A DNA stretch of 64,000 nt from Microbotryum violaceum (Eukaryota), in contig CDLV01000012.1 of NCBI GenBank assembly GCA_001244265.2, forward strand, positions 124,001 through 188,000. The letters are read 5' to 3'. The notes under the pieces are model-generated. The model searched no databases, was not told where the DNA came from, and saw nothing but the letters and a program-made list of their open reading frames with translations. Position numbers and translations under genes: made by a program. Shown here piece after piece: positions 12,601-24,183 of this stretch. Positions within the stretch are counted from its first letter, which is position 1; each line of letters begins with the position of its first letter.

Positions 12601-14615
12601 GGGCTGATCCGTGTAGCAGATGGATGGTTGTTCGTGACCATACAATTTCAGATGCTTCGACATGTCCTCGAGTGGTGATTTGAACGACGCGTGGCCTTTG
12701 GTCGCGGTGAGGACGGCGAGTCGAACTTTGCCGTACTCGTTTCCGACCATCAGGAGCGCATGAAAGGGAGGAATGCCATTGATCTTGGCGATTTGCTTCG
12801 GGACCTGAGATGAAGAGAGACTCATTGGGTTAGCACAATTCGAATTGATCAAGAATTTGCTTGCGCCTTTTCCAAGTTCTCACCTTGTAGCTGTGATCGA
12901 GTGACATGATTGTGCAAGGGGCCAATGAAACATGGTGGCGTATGAGCGACTCGTGTCTGAGAATGGGCAAGCAAAAGAGGGTCAGCAGGTGAACTTAGAG
13001 GCAAGTATCCGCAATGCTCGATACTACAATCCGGCCTTACTCTTCTATTTTCGCGTTGAAAACATTCGCAAGAACCTTCGATGTTGGCACATAGCCGCAA
13101 TTGCCCGCCGGGTCATCCCAATCACTGATGTCCTGATAAGGTCCCGGCTTTTGGCGCGCGAGCATGGCCGACCTATAGTCGAGCTCCAGCCTGTCGTGTG
13201 CGGCACGATGAAAGCAGACAAGCATGTCGGAAATTTGCTCAGCTCCCAGACCGTAGTGGAAGGAAGATCGCACTAGATCGAACACCTCCGAGGTAATGGC
13301 GGTGCGATGTGACAAACAGAACGGGAACATCGAGCGCAGCGATGGATCCAGTTGGCCAAGGACCTCTGGCGACCAAGACCGATACGTTTTGGAGCACTTC
13401 TTGTTGTCGCACTTGTAAGAGCGGCCGATGAGATAGACGAACTCGCGGAGACCACACGCTCGGCGCGGCCGATCCAAGAACCCGTTCAGCCTCAACATGC
13501 CTTTAGGACGGCTTCGTTAAGCTCGCACTCCATGCACCGCAGGCCGACGCCCGCTCGCTTGTCATCCGGCTGGCCGATCATTAGGAGGGGATCCCAATAG
13601 AAGAATTGTGGTTCGTAGATGTCCAGATTGGCGTTGGAGATGCAGCCGTCATAGAGCCTAGTCCAAGCCGACTTGACAGGCAGAAAACCGTGAACTAGCT
13701 CATCACCGCCCTTGTGGTGGCGACGATAGTTTCGTTTGTTTCTATAGTGTTTGAGCATTAATCGTACTTAAGAGTTCAATCGGCGAGATCAAGCGAGATC
13801 AAGCGAATCGCGAAGGCATAGCTGCGGGATGTGCACTCACGGTGTACTCTCTATCAGACGGGTTCTATTCGCAGTCATATAGATCACGAATATCGGCACA
13901 GCGAACAGCACGTAGGAATGAATGATCGCCAGGCTTGAGCGGGTTGAACTCATCTGCATACGTGCCTCTTGCCTGAGGACGGCAGCTTGGCGTTCCGTTT
14001 CGGCTTTGGCTTCAAGCCGCTCCTTCTCGGCCTGATCCTTGACCCGCTGTGCCTCTCTCTGCAGATCTCTCTGAGCTTCCTTCGCTTCTCTCAACGCTTG
14101 CTTCTTCTTCTTGTCCATTTCATTTCTTGCAGCCTTCTGTTGCTCCGATAGGGCTGGACGACCTCGCGCCCGCTTCGGTGGTCCTTGGTCACTCAATGAC
14201 TTCAGCGGATCACCGACTCAGTGGTTTAGATTGAAGTCTTTAAATTGTCGAGAGGTGTTATATCCAAGACGCTGCGTCATCTTCGGTCCTCGTCGATCGC
14301 CATCGCGTCTCCATCGTCTTGATCATTCGGCACCGGGCTGGATGAATGACGGTGATCAAATGGCGAGGTTACATGACGCAGCCATGTCGATTCGGTTGGG
14401 AACCCGAGCATTGGGATGGCTCATGTATATGAGTCGAAAGCACGCGAATGAGCCGAGGGAGAGTCTCTCGTACGACCGTCCCGGAGTTAGCACACGCGCC
14501 TTGGCAAACTAGCCAGAACTAGCCGTGGGCCAATACTAACTTCCCCCACCCCACGCCTCTGCTAACTTCGCCGACTTCTTTGCCTAAGCGGGCCTCATGC
14601 GTGCGCGCGCGCCTG
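9182..14615 (-). mobile_element. MULE/IS256-like DDE transposon (DUF6729-type transposase) with inserted DEDDy 3'-5' exonuclease; defective
   Basis: Spliced minus-strand gene (about 14196 to 9400) with a Cys-containing N-terminal domain (LIGRSYKC...C...YRSWSPEVL), SLDHSYK, YTDQ, MDPFHFFQR and RGTNGLEGGIH. Exonuclease motifs VGVNAEW and YAALDAYAS. TIR-like GGGGAAAAGGACAAAAATGCCCTCG at 9182; the right end is only partly recognisable. Frameshifted. Confidence 0.7.
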
Positions 14616-14886
14616 AAGTTACTCCCTGGATACCGCCAGCGCCCCAGATAAATTGCAGTCATGAACCTTGCAGATAATGAGTAGATGTAACGGGAAAGCG
14701 GTATTGAACTATAGGTCATACGAAGAGTAAGATGGGGGGGGGGAAAGGCATGTGCGAAGGCAGGCAAGTCCAAAACGAAGGCATGGGGGGATGTCGAGGT
14801 GTTTCAGGCAACCAAATGGCGAGCTCGAAACGCGTTGCATCACGAAAGGGTGCAGCGTCCTGTGACGAGTCGAAATGGAAAGGTAT

Positions 14887-15829
14887 CTACGAGGTCACTT
14901 TCTTATCCTCGATGTACTTGGCGTTGTTGATCAGGATGAAAGGCGCTTGCGACAGGTAGCGAACCTGGAACTTGACGCTGCCGTCGGGCAAGAACTGCTT
15001 TTCACGCTCGTAGATGTCAAGCTGGTGGGACAACCACCCATTCGACGAGAAAAGTCTTAGCATCGTCTGAAACCGTAGAAGTCTGACGAAGAGTAGACTC
15101 CGGTCGTTGGTGAAAATGAAACTCACATTTGCCAGGAGGGGTTTGCCCATCTCCTGGTGTGTTACGTGGTAAGCCACGGGCAGCCTAAAATTCGCTGCAA
15201 AGAAATTTGATGCATTTATGGCAGACAGATCTTGGGCAAGCTGGTACGATGGTGTGAAGCAGGTTTAGTTCATACTTGGATCTTTGGAGGTAGACAAGAG
15301 TTTTTCTGGAGCTGGCGGGCCAGAGAGAGAGAGGAGAGAGAGGAGAGAGAAAGAGAGAAGAGAGAGAGAGGGGGGGGGGCGTTGTCAAGGGTTGAGGCTC
15401 TTTACCACTCACGACAAGTTTGTTGAGCTTGTTCGCAGTAACCAATACAACGTCAATGGACGCCGTCTCGAGCGAAACGCGCAGGAAACCTTGGTATTGC
15501 ATAAAGAGCCCAGAACCGGCGGTGTAGTTCTGGTTGCCCATGGGCGTGACGGTGACACCGCTCGGGCCGGCGAGTGCCTGCGGGGACGGCATCGTTTGAT
15601 GGTGCGCGGACGGCATCGTTTGATGGTGCGCGGACGGCATCGTTTGATGGTGCGCGGACGGCATCGTTTGATTGTGCGCGGACGGCATGTCCTGGTGCGG
15701 GGACGACATCCCATGATGGTGCGCGGACGGCATCGCATCATGCTCGACGGCTGCCGCCTTCTGGGGCGAGGCCGAAGTGGTGATCGAGAGCAAGGTCAGC
15801 ACGAGGGCCGCAGAAACCTTGAAAAGCAT
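14887..15829 (-). CDS. Small secreted protein, family paralog 4, with His-rich tandem repeats (about 221 aa; exons 15829-15413, 15240-15127, 15021-14887)
   Basis: Signal MLFKVSAALVLTLLSITTSA (first 11 aa identical to paralog 3) and two phase-0 introns. Exon 2 reads LAQDLS...NFRLP and exon 3 LDIYERE...VTS*. Confidence 0.8.
15576..15741 (-). repeat. Coding 21-24 bp tandem repeat encoding about 7 MPSAHHQT-like units
   Basis: Repeated GGTGCGCGGACGGCATCGTTTGAT on the plus strand. Confidence 0.9.
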
Positions 15830-16746
15830 GATGACGGAAACGAGTTTGAGGAAGTGGACTTGAGGGTAAGACTTGGTCCGGAGAGATCGAGACGTTCAAT
15901 GACGTGGTAGGGATGGTGGAGGGAAGGGAGGAAGGGGAGAGAGGTGGACGGGCGTGGTCCTGGCTTTAGTGTCCTTATACTTGGCTAGGTTGGCCCCTGC
16001 CACACCACGGATTTATCGGTACCAGTCTGATTCGGCATCTTCGAGACCGGATGCGCACGAGCATGCGGTCTCTCAACGCCTCATCCATGTTTCAGCTGAG
16101 CCTGTTCGGCCTTGTCTCCTCTCCTTTCGAGAGGTAAAGCGGTGTCGCTAATTACGACTAAGCCCCTGAAGTTTTCCTCTGAATTTCTCGGAAGGCCCGT
16201 AGCTTCGGCCGATGCTGTTCGATCCGCGTGCCGCGGTACATCTATTCTTGTCCTCCATTTGCAAAGGGTCAGTAGCTTTTCTCCAAACCTACGGAGGCTC
16301 CTGAGCTAAAGCGGTGCGAATGTCGTGGGACCAGAGGCAGGTAAAACTAGGGGGCTCAGCCGTTGCACCGCCGAGTGCCGAATGCTGCCTCGCTGGGAAT
16401 CACGAATGAAGTCATCCCCCCAAAAGGCAAAAAAGTTGCTCCATTCTCGGGCCCGAACAAGAGCCGAAACCGAACCGGTGTGCCGAGCCTTGCGCAGTGA
16501 GACATGACATGGTGTGCGCGTCTAAAGGATCGGTTCTGAAATAGGTAGGGCCGAGTTACAAAGCACTGGCTTATCGTTCAAATTCGAAGGCTTCTATATG
16601 AAATGAATGCTGTGATTCAGCAACGGGTCCGCTTCTTGGGTTCGACCAGGTACCCACACGGAAAAACAGAGGCAGTGCCCCTGGTGTGTAGTTGCGTAGC
16701 CAAGAAGGCAGCGAGCCCCGCCGTGTAAGGTATGCCTCTGATGTTA

Positions 16747-19151
16747 CCCTAACTAGTAAAAAAAAAGTGTGAGTTAAGGAATGTACATAAAATCGCTGTT
16801 TTTAACTAGGTTGAGGGCCGCCTGTGGTAAATGTACCAGCATACTGTTGTGTCTGCCGCACCTGCCTGTGGTGTCCATGTTCCGATCAGAAGTCATGTAC
16901 AAGCGCTGTGGTGACTTTTGTATTTTCCGCGCCGTTCCAACGAAGCTACAGCGCTCCCAGTATTTTCCTTCTTTTTTTCGCTCACATAAAACAATGCTTC
17001 CACTCATATTGCATTTAATGAACCGCAAGCGCGTGGCTTTTCATGATATTGCTTCTACAGCAGAGCTCTGCCTGACGTGCGAGGCGAGGGCTGGCGTTTG
17101 TCACGTGATGCGGTGCGCCGGCGGTGGAGTGTCATTCCGGCAGTCGACCAGCGGCATTAGGGGCTGAACAACAAATCAAACCACGTAAATAATCCTGCGC
17201 CACTCCCTCGAACCTTTCCTTTCTCCCTCTCACTCTCATCCAATTTTAGTGACACTCATTCAAGAACAAACCCTCGCTGCTATGTCCCGGTCCCAAGGTC
17301 GCCAGGGACTCAGGGAGGGCCATCGCAACCTCGCCAAGTCTTGGGCGCGAGGGTAGCGCCGTACCATGGGCTGCCATGGGCCTGCTCGAGCGCCCGCTGC
17401 TGGGCGTCCCGCGGCTCGACCCTCCTCTTCGTCCCGCACCGATCAACAGAATCAGCCCCCACGCGTCATGACAACAAGTTAACCGATCTTGGCATTGCGA
17501 CACGTATACGAGCCCGCCGTGCAGCTGTGCAGAACGGACAGCGTGGTCAGCGCGATGGCCAACTCGACGCTGGGCTCGCCCCACCACCACCTCCGCAAAG
17601 GCGAGTGCGCCGGGCTCGAATCGCGCTCAAACCCCTTAAGCCCACGTTTCGATCCGCGACGACCTCGGCCCGCAGACGGCCGTGTGCACCCACTGCAAGG
17701 CTCAGCACTGGGAACTAGGAGCCACCGTGTTTCGCGTGTTTGGTCGCCTCTACCATCGACTCGGCGCCCTGATCCCTGCCGTGAATCAATGCCCAGCCTT
17801 TGCTCAAACATGGCTGATCAACCCGGCCGAGGCCACCGACACTCGACTTGAACCCGACGGCGCAGACAGTCACATGCAACGATCTACTTTGACCAAGCTC
17901 GAGTCCATGTTGCGCACCGGCAATTGCTTTGTGAGGGAGTTCGCTTCGGCCAAAGGCCGTGCGGGTTGGGATACGGCCAAAGAGTGGGTCTTGCGCCTCT
18001 GCCTACCACCAGGCCGAGACCGACGCATCCACAACCTTCCTATGTCAAGCACGGAAATGGCGATGCTTATCTGCGATTCCGACACCAACACGGGAGATCG
18101 TGGACCGCAAGACCTTATTCTCCAGGTGCACGGTGATCGATGTCCCGATGGTCGGCCCAAGTACCAAATCGTTAGCTCGCTCCATCCGTCCGCGATCCCT
18201 CTCCGTTACCCACTACTTTTTCCTGCAGGGGAAGATGGCTTCCACCCCAACATTCCTCTTTGCGGGTTCCACCACCAAGCCAGGCCGCCAATCGCCAGAA
18301 ACTGAGAGCAGATCGACAATGGTGTCCAATTGCGCGAGGTACTTGCCGGTCTTGGTCTGGATGACGAAGACGAACAGGAGGACGAAGACCGCGACAATGA
18401 GGATGAAGACGGCGAGGAAGGGGACGAAGAGGATGGTGATGGCGAACGTACGCGTCTTCGGCTCTTTCTCTGATGTTCCATTCTACCGAAGGCGCAAGCA
18501 CAGACTGACATTGAACTTTTGAACACCTAGGACGAAGGTCAAGTAAAGGGGTCGAGGTGGCGAGTCTCGCGTTCACAATTCTTTGCGCACTACTTGCCAA
18601 ATGCGACGAGCACTTCTCAATCCCGCATTGCACCCAACGTCCCTTCCTGGAGTTCGTGAATTACGGATATACTCCCAAACTCCCAAGTCAAAACCGATTG
18701 ACTCAACACATCCGGTTAAATCAAGAGAACCTACGCCTCACCACGACCCAAGGCATCAACGGCTTGACCCCGAACCAAATCCGACATCACGCAGCGATAC
18801 CACGCAGCGATACCAGGATGCGATGGCGTGCGTTGTCAAACATGGAAAGCCTCCGCTGCTCATCACGATGACGTACGACCCCGACTCACCGGAAACCAAG
18901 GCTGCACTGGGGCCGTTAAAGCATGCAACCGTCCGGATCTCATTGCACGAGTGTTTGAAGCCAAGTCTGGCAACAAGCGACATGCAGGCTGTTTCGGCAA
19001 TGAATGTAAGATGAATGGATTTTGTTTCTTTGCTGTATTTCGTATTGTGTTTTCTTAACCTCTGCGCTGATATCATGTACACTGTTCGATTATCCTGCTA
19101 TTTTTTGAATTTCATCCTCCCGTTAATTTAACGGGTTCCCACTGGTGTGCA
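16747..19151 (+). mobile_element. Truncated, degenerate Helitron (Rep N-terminal region)
   Basis: CTHCKAQHW, FRVFGRLYHRLG, FAQTW, LRYPLLFPAGEDGFH, RYQDAMA...GKPPLLITMT and RPDLIARVF are Helitron Rep motifs. No helicase part. Boundaries inferred from an uninterrupted flank copy at 61718-61783. Confidence 0.8.
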
Positions 19152-20013
19152 TAAAATACAATCTGTCGTTCTTGACCACTAGATTAAAAGCAAGTCGTAA
19201 CTAGAACTCGGCAGTTCTAGCTACTCAGAGGGCTACTTATGGGGCTGTTCTGTGGGGCATCCCCCTACACGACCCCTTGCGGCAAGGTACGCAAGGTTGC
19301 TGGCAGCGAGGCTATAGCGGCGCTAGCTCGCGGCAGCCAGACACAGCCGAAACGCGCCTCCTGACGCACACGTGGCGCCAAAGCGTGGCTGCTCCCTTCC
19401 TCGTCGGTGGGTGGTCTTCACACTGTCAATTTACGGTATGTACGCTGTTCATCGTCTTGAAAAAACGAAACCAGCTTGGGTCCTACCTGAGACCAAGCTT
19501 TTGGTGCTCCCAAACAATCCTCGGATAGTCCAGGACGAACGGCGCGATCGAAAGTGATGCCGAACAGGGATTGCGGTGCTGAGCGACTGAGTCGCGTCAG
19601 AATGGCCGAAATCACTCTGTTCAAAGCCTGAGCGTTCACAGCCACTACCCGCATCGAGATCAGCCAGAAACAGATGACGGCATTGATGTGTCCGCGATTG
19701 GCAAAGTGAAACCAGCCGTTGGACAACCCCCTTGTCTCGGTGGCGCTTCTCCTTGCCCAGCACGCGGTGAATTAGTGAGACCCACCACGCTTCATTGATG
19801 GATACCGAGCTCGGCACCGCCAAAGGGCACCGCCTCAAAAGGGGTACCCTATCACCCAAGCCGAAACTGCTGTCGCCGCTTGGCCATCCAGGAATCAACT
19901 GACTCGGAGCAGCCCGCACCTCGCTTCGCTTCTTTCTTACACCACTCTCTACCCCCGGTCCCCAATCGGCGCCCCAACTGACTTCTCAGCCACCTCACTT
20001 GGCCAAATATACC

Positions 20014-20661
20014 ATGCTTTTCAAGCTCCCTGTCGTCCTCGCCATGGCGCTGCTCACCCTTGGCGCCTCGGCGAGCGAACGCTTCACCGTCACGTCACTG
20101 CGCCGACGGGACAAACCCGGCGATTACCCGCAGGACCGTGGGAGCGTCAAGAGTCCTGCGGAAGGCCAGCAGCTCAAAGTTGGCACGCTGTTCCCGTTCC
20201 GATTTAACCCTATTTCCGTTGGGGACCTAGTCGACACCCTTGACGTCGAAGTTTTTCTCAAGATTAAGAGTTTGAATTATTCGCGCCGAGTAAGCTTCTT
20301 TGGGGCTCGTTTGCGTTGGGGCCTGCGTGAGGTGATCCTACCTCGAGCGCGTCTGCTCACTATCCTCCCGCCTCACAGTTAGTGACGAACCTTATGAGTC
20401 CGGGAGGCAACAAGCCCATTGTGCAAAACTTTATCGTCATGCATCCTAAGGGCAGTATTGTCAAGCGGGGCACAATCATGCCCGGTACCGTAAGTCAACT
20501 CCAGGACCTCCCCCCTTCGCTACCGCCCCTCTTGTGCTGACGAGTTGTCGACTCGTCTTTTGAAAAAGATCGAAGTTTTTGAGCAGCAAAATGGGACGAA
20601 GGCAAACGGCAACGGCAAGTACTTCCTGAACCAGGCGGTAGGCGTCACGTTCCAGTTCTGA
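20014..20661 (+). CDS. Small secreted protein, family paralog 5 (about 159 aa; exons 20014-20289, 20379-20489, 20569-20661)
   Basis: Signal MLFKLPVVLAMALLTLGASA, SVKSPAEGQQLKVG motif and two phase-0 introns. Exon 3 reads IEVFEQQNG...VTFQF*. Confidence 0.8.
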
Positions 20662-21380
20662 GCTCGGAATCACCCCCCCCCGTTCGGCAACGACCTCGTG
20701 ACGCTCGTTACCCACCGGGATCGCCCGGTTGGCCACCCCAGTCTCGTAGCGTTCCCCCGTTCTTATCTACTTTATTCTGCACATCTTCCGAGCTACGTTC
20801 TCCCCCGTTATCGCAACGACCCTACCCCGTTCCGTACATCGCGTCTCCGCACGGACGACCGTTCCTAACACCTCTGTTCATGATACCTTGGCTTTTTTGA
20901 TCTGAAATCTCATCCGCCGATCATCGCGCGTCGTTTACCCCCCTTTTTCAGACCTTGACGACATGCCTTCCAAGACTTGCGTCCAAGCTTCTGTGTTCTG
21001 CCTGAGCTACGCCCGCACCGAGTTTCAGAAGTCTCAAGCGACCGCCCTGCGAACGTGTTCGAGTACCTCCTGTCCGCGGCGCATTCGCTTTGAGGCTCGG
21101 TCTCGCGTGTGGTGAGCTACTTCGGTCAGGGTCCCGAATGATAAGGCGGAGACGAGTTTCTCTCCTGCTTCTGGTTGTCTGTGGGGAAAAATAAAATGAA
21201 ATGAAAAATGAAAAAGGAAAGAAAAGAAAAATCGATCCTGCATGAGTCTAATTAACGCGTTTGCTGAGACGAGTCGTGCTCAGGCGACAAGTGAGTCGGT
21301 TTCCTGATTGTCTGATCCCCTCCCGTGACAAAGCTTTCCAATTGACAAAACGTCTTCGAAACCTGCGCCAATTTCATCAG

Positions 21381-22696
21381 TCACCTGATCAGCCTCATCT
21401 CCTTCAACTCGCGCTCTCTCTCCACCTTTTCTCGCTCCTTCTCAAATCTCTTCCCCAGCAACTCGAGCGCGCGCTTCCCCGCTTCTCCCATCTCCCCACG
21501 CTCCACCCATTCTTGAAGGACCTTGAAGCCATCCGTTCCTTCGATCCAGTCCCCTCTCTGAACCAATTGCTCAACTAACATTTCCATCACATCATCATGC
21601 TCAAGAGGGAGTTCTTCCCACAAGACCTCGAGCTCAAAGCCTGCTTCGATCTGGCTTTTCAACAACTGTAACATCTCGCCCCGCAGGGATTCAAGCTCCA
21701 ACGCCAGCGCGAGACGATACATTCCCGAAACTTTGACGAGCGTGCCCAGTTCCACGTCGAAAACGAGTTTTTCTAAGGTCGAGCTACTCGTACCCATGTG
21801 TTCGACCTGTTCCTGCTCCTCCGTTTCGTAATTGACGAGATGACCCGTGCGCAGCCAAACCAATACGTCGCGGTAGTCCTCCCTCCTCGCTTCTCCCACT
21901 CGAACGATGTGCATAGGATAGTCACAAGTTCGTTCGGTAGAGGAAGGGTCGGTCGTCTTGGCCGACTCGAGAAATTCACCCTGTAGCATGCTTTGCCAGT
22001 AGGGCGAGTTGGCGACGAGGAAATCCGCGTTCTCGAAAAGGGGACGAGGGTCATCTTCGAAGGTGAAGCGTACATCGAAGGGGTGGGGAGTGCTTTGGTG
22101 TCCTGAGTTAAGGGGTAAGCTTGTATGAGCTTTGAGGTGTATCGATTCCTTGACGCCAGGAACTGACCTCTCCAAAGCCTCTCCCGCTCCAACAAGCGTC
22201 GACATATATCCTCGTCCCATACGTCCTTACCCGACCCCTGCTCGCTCACCATCATCGTCTCCATCTGCCTGCTTGGCAAGTTCCCAAAAGTGACCGTGAC
22301 CGTGACCTTACCCCTCAAAGACTTCATCACATCCAAAGCGTCGGAGTCCCCAGCGAAGTCCAAGTCGAATTCGACCGGCAAATTGCCGTCCATGCCTTCC
22401 TCAAAGCCTCGAACCTCTGCCACCAACCTGTCGTCCGCACCCCCACCAACCACCTCGAGCTCGACTCGAATTCCCAACCCACTCCTCTCCTCAAGGGAGA
22501 TGTACCTCCAAACAGGCTCCCTCTTCTCCCTCCTCATCCACCTCAAAGAAGGATCGAACGTCCATGAGCCTCGCAAGATGCCCAATTCCCGGGCGACTGT
22601 CATCCGCAAAGAAGGGTGGAGGGCGTCCGGCGTTTCATCGTCAAGATGGGCGACCCAGCTGTAGGTCGTGTGGAGGCCTTCGGGGGTGAAGGACAT
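21381..22696 (-). CDS. BTB/POZ domain protein (exons 22696-22231, 22102-21381)
   Basis: FDVRFTF...LFENADFLVANSPYWQSMLQGEFLES, YRDVLVWLRTG and MYRLALALELESL. A GTAAGG...CAG intron joins the two ORFs in frame. Confidence 0.8.
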
Positions 22697-23152
22697 GAGT
22701 AAGGGTGTGTATTCAAGGGGAGGGGCTCGTTAAAACGGCGAAGGGCAATATTGAATTGGGAAGAGGGAGGGTAGTATGTTGCAAATGTGCCAGCCAGGGC
22801 AGTGATGAGTTTGGCCCTCGCATCCTCCTGACGAGAAAAACGATTCCGGCAGATTGTCGACGAGCCAAGTTTTGCCCGTCAGTCTACGCACGAGTCGAGC
22901 AGAGCAGACGAAGAAGAAAAAAAACGCAAAAAAAAAAACGCCAAAAAAAAAATACGCAAAAAAGGTGTCCTCAATCCCAAAGTCGTTAGCTACTGAACTC
23001 TTTCACGCAATTCTCAAACCGGGTGGAAAGATCAAGAGGACCAACCCCAAAGCGTTCCATCCCGAAGGCCAAATTCAGCTCACAATCTGCTCTCCGCGCT
23101 GAGCGAGCTCACCCAGCTCTTCCGCCAATACCCAACATCATCTCTTATTACA

Positions 23153-23872
23153 TCATTTCAACACCGGCCTAACCGCATACCCTTCATCCCTCAACCCGCC
23201 CGCCCTCTTGAGCCGATCGACCTCTTTCTGATACTCTGACCGATCTTGTTCGTCCGGGTTGGATGAGGTCTTCGCTTTCTTGGTCGACGAGGTGTCGTGG
23301 GTAGCTGGGTCGGTGGTGGAGTTGGTGGTTGCGGATGTTGGGGTGATTAAGGGTCGTTTGCCTCGGTTCTTACTGTGGGACTCTCAAGAGGGGTCAGGAT
23401 GAGGAAGCCGTTCGGCCGGGCCGGGTGCACTCACAACCTCTCATCCGCGGCTTTCTTCCTATATATCCCCACCAGAATATTTCATCAGTCTGTCCACGAT
23501 ACCCCCATCGTGAAAGGGAGAACAGAACAAATGCGTACCTGAGCAACTGCTGCTGCACGCGCTTCTTCTCCTCGGTCGCGCCCTGTATCGGATCGACCTT
23601 TTTGAAGCGGGTCAGGAACGAGCCGTCGTTTGAGAAGACGTTGTCTTTGGTTACGTGAACCAAGCGCGAAAAGAGTGAGAAAGCGTAGTCAGTCGCAAGC
23701 CAGCGCGAGTCTACGGGGAGGGACAACTTGAAAGTGGGGGAGAGGACCGACTGGGTTTAGTGGTGGTGGTGGTGAGGGTGCTGGTGGTGGTGGCTGGTGA
23801 AGATGTCGAGGCCGCTGGCGAAGGGGAAGGGAAATGCTTGGGTTTGGTGGTTGCGAGTGGTGAAGCCGACAT
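23153..23872 (-). CDS. TRIR/C19orf43-like small nuclear protein (multi-exon)
   Basis: NVFSNDGSFLTRFKK motif and C-terminal YQKEVDRLKRAGGLRDEGYAVRPVLK*. Confidence 0.6.
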
Positions 23873-24183
23873 GTGTGGAAGGGCGAGCTCTGGGCAGTGG
23901 GTGGAAAGGGGCTTCAAAGTAGTCGGCGGGCGGCGGGCAGACCCAGAAGACGATCGGCGGCGACTGCTCGAACAAAAATCAAAAGTTCGCGACAACTCGC
24001 GACAGCTCACAGACAGTCACAACAGACTGAGCAGGACTGAACAGCACTGAGCAGGACAGCGCGCGACCTGCTGACCTCGATCGCGACGGCAACGCGCTCC
24101 TACGCGCTCTAACGCGCTTGAGACACCTACTCTGTGCCACGCTCCCACTGACCCCCCTGTTCGCTCAGGCTTTAGAGAGCAAC

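Noticed and set aside
15284-15910. 208-aa plus-strand ORF with VRGRHRLM repeats
   Set aside because: Antisense shadow of the repeat-containing secreted gene.
21773-22696. Apparent frameshift between two overlapping BTB-region ORFs
   Set aside because: Explained by a canonical intron, 22230-22103.
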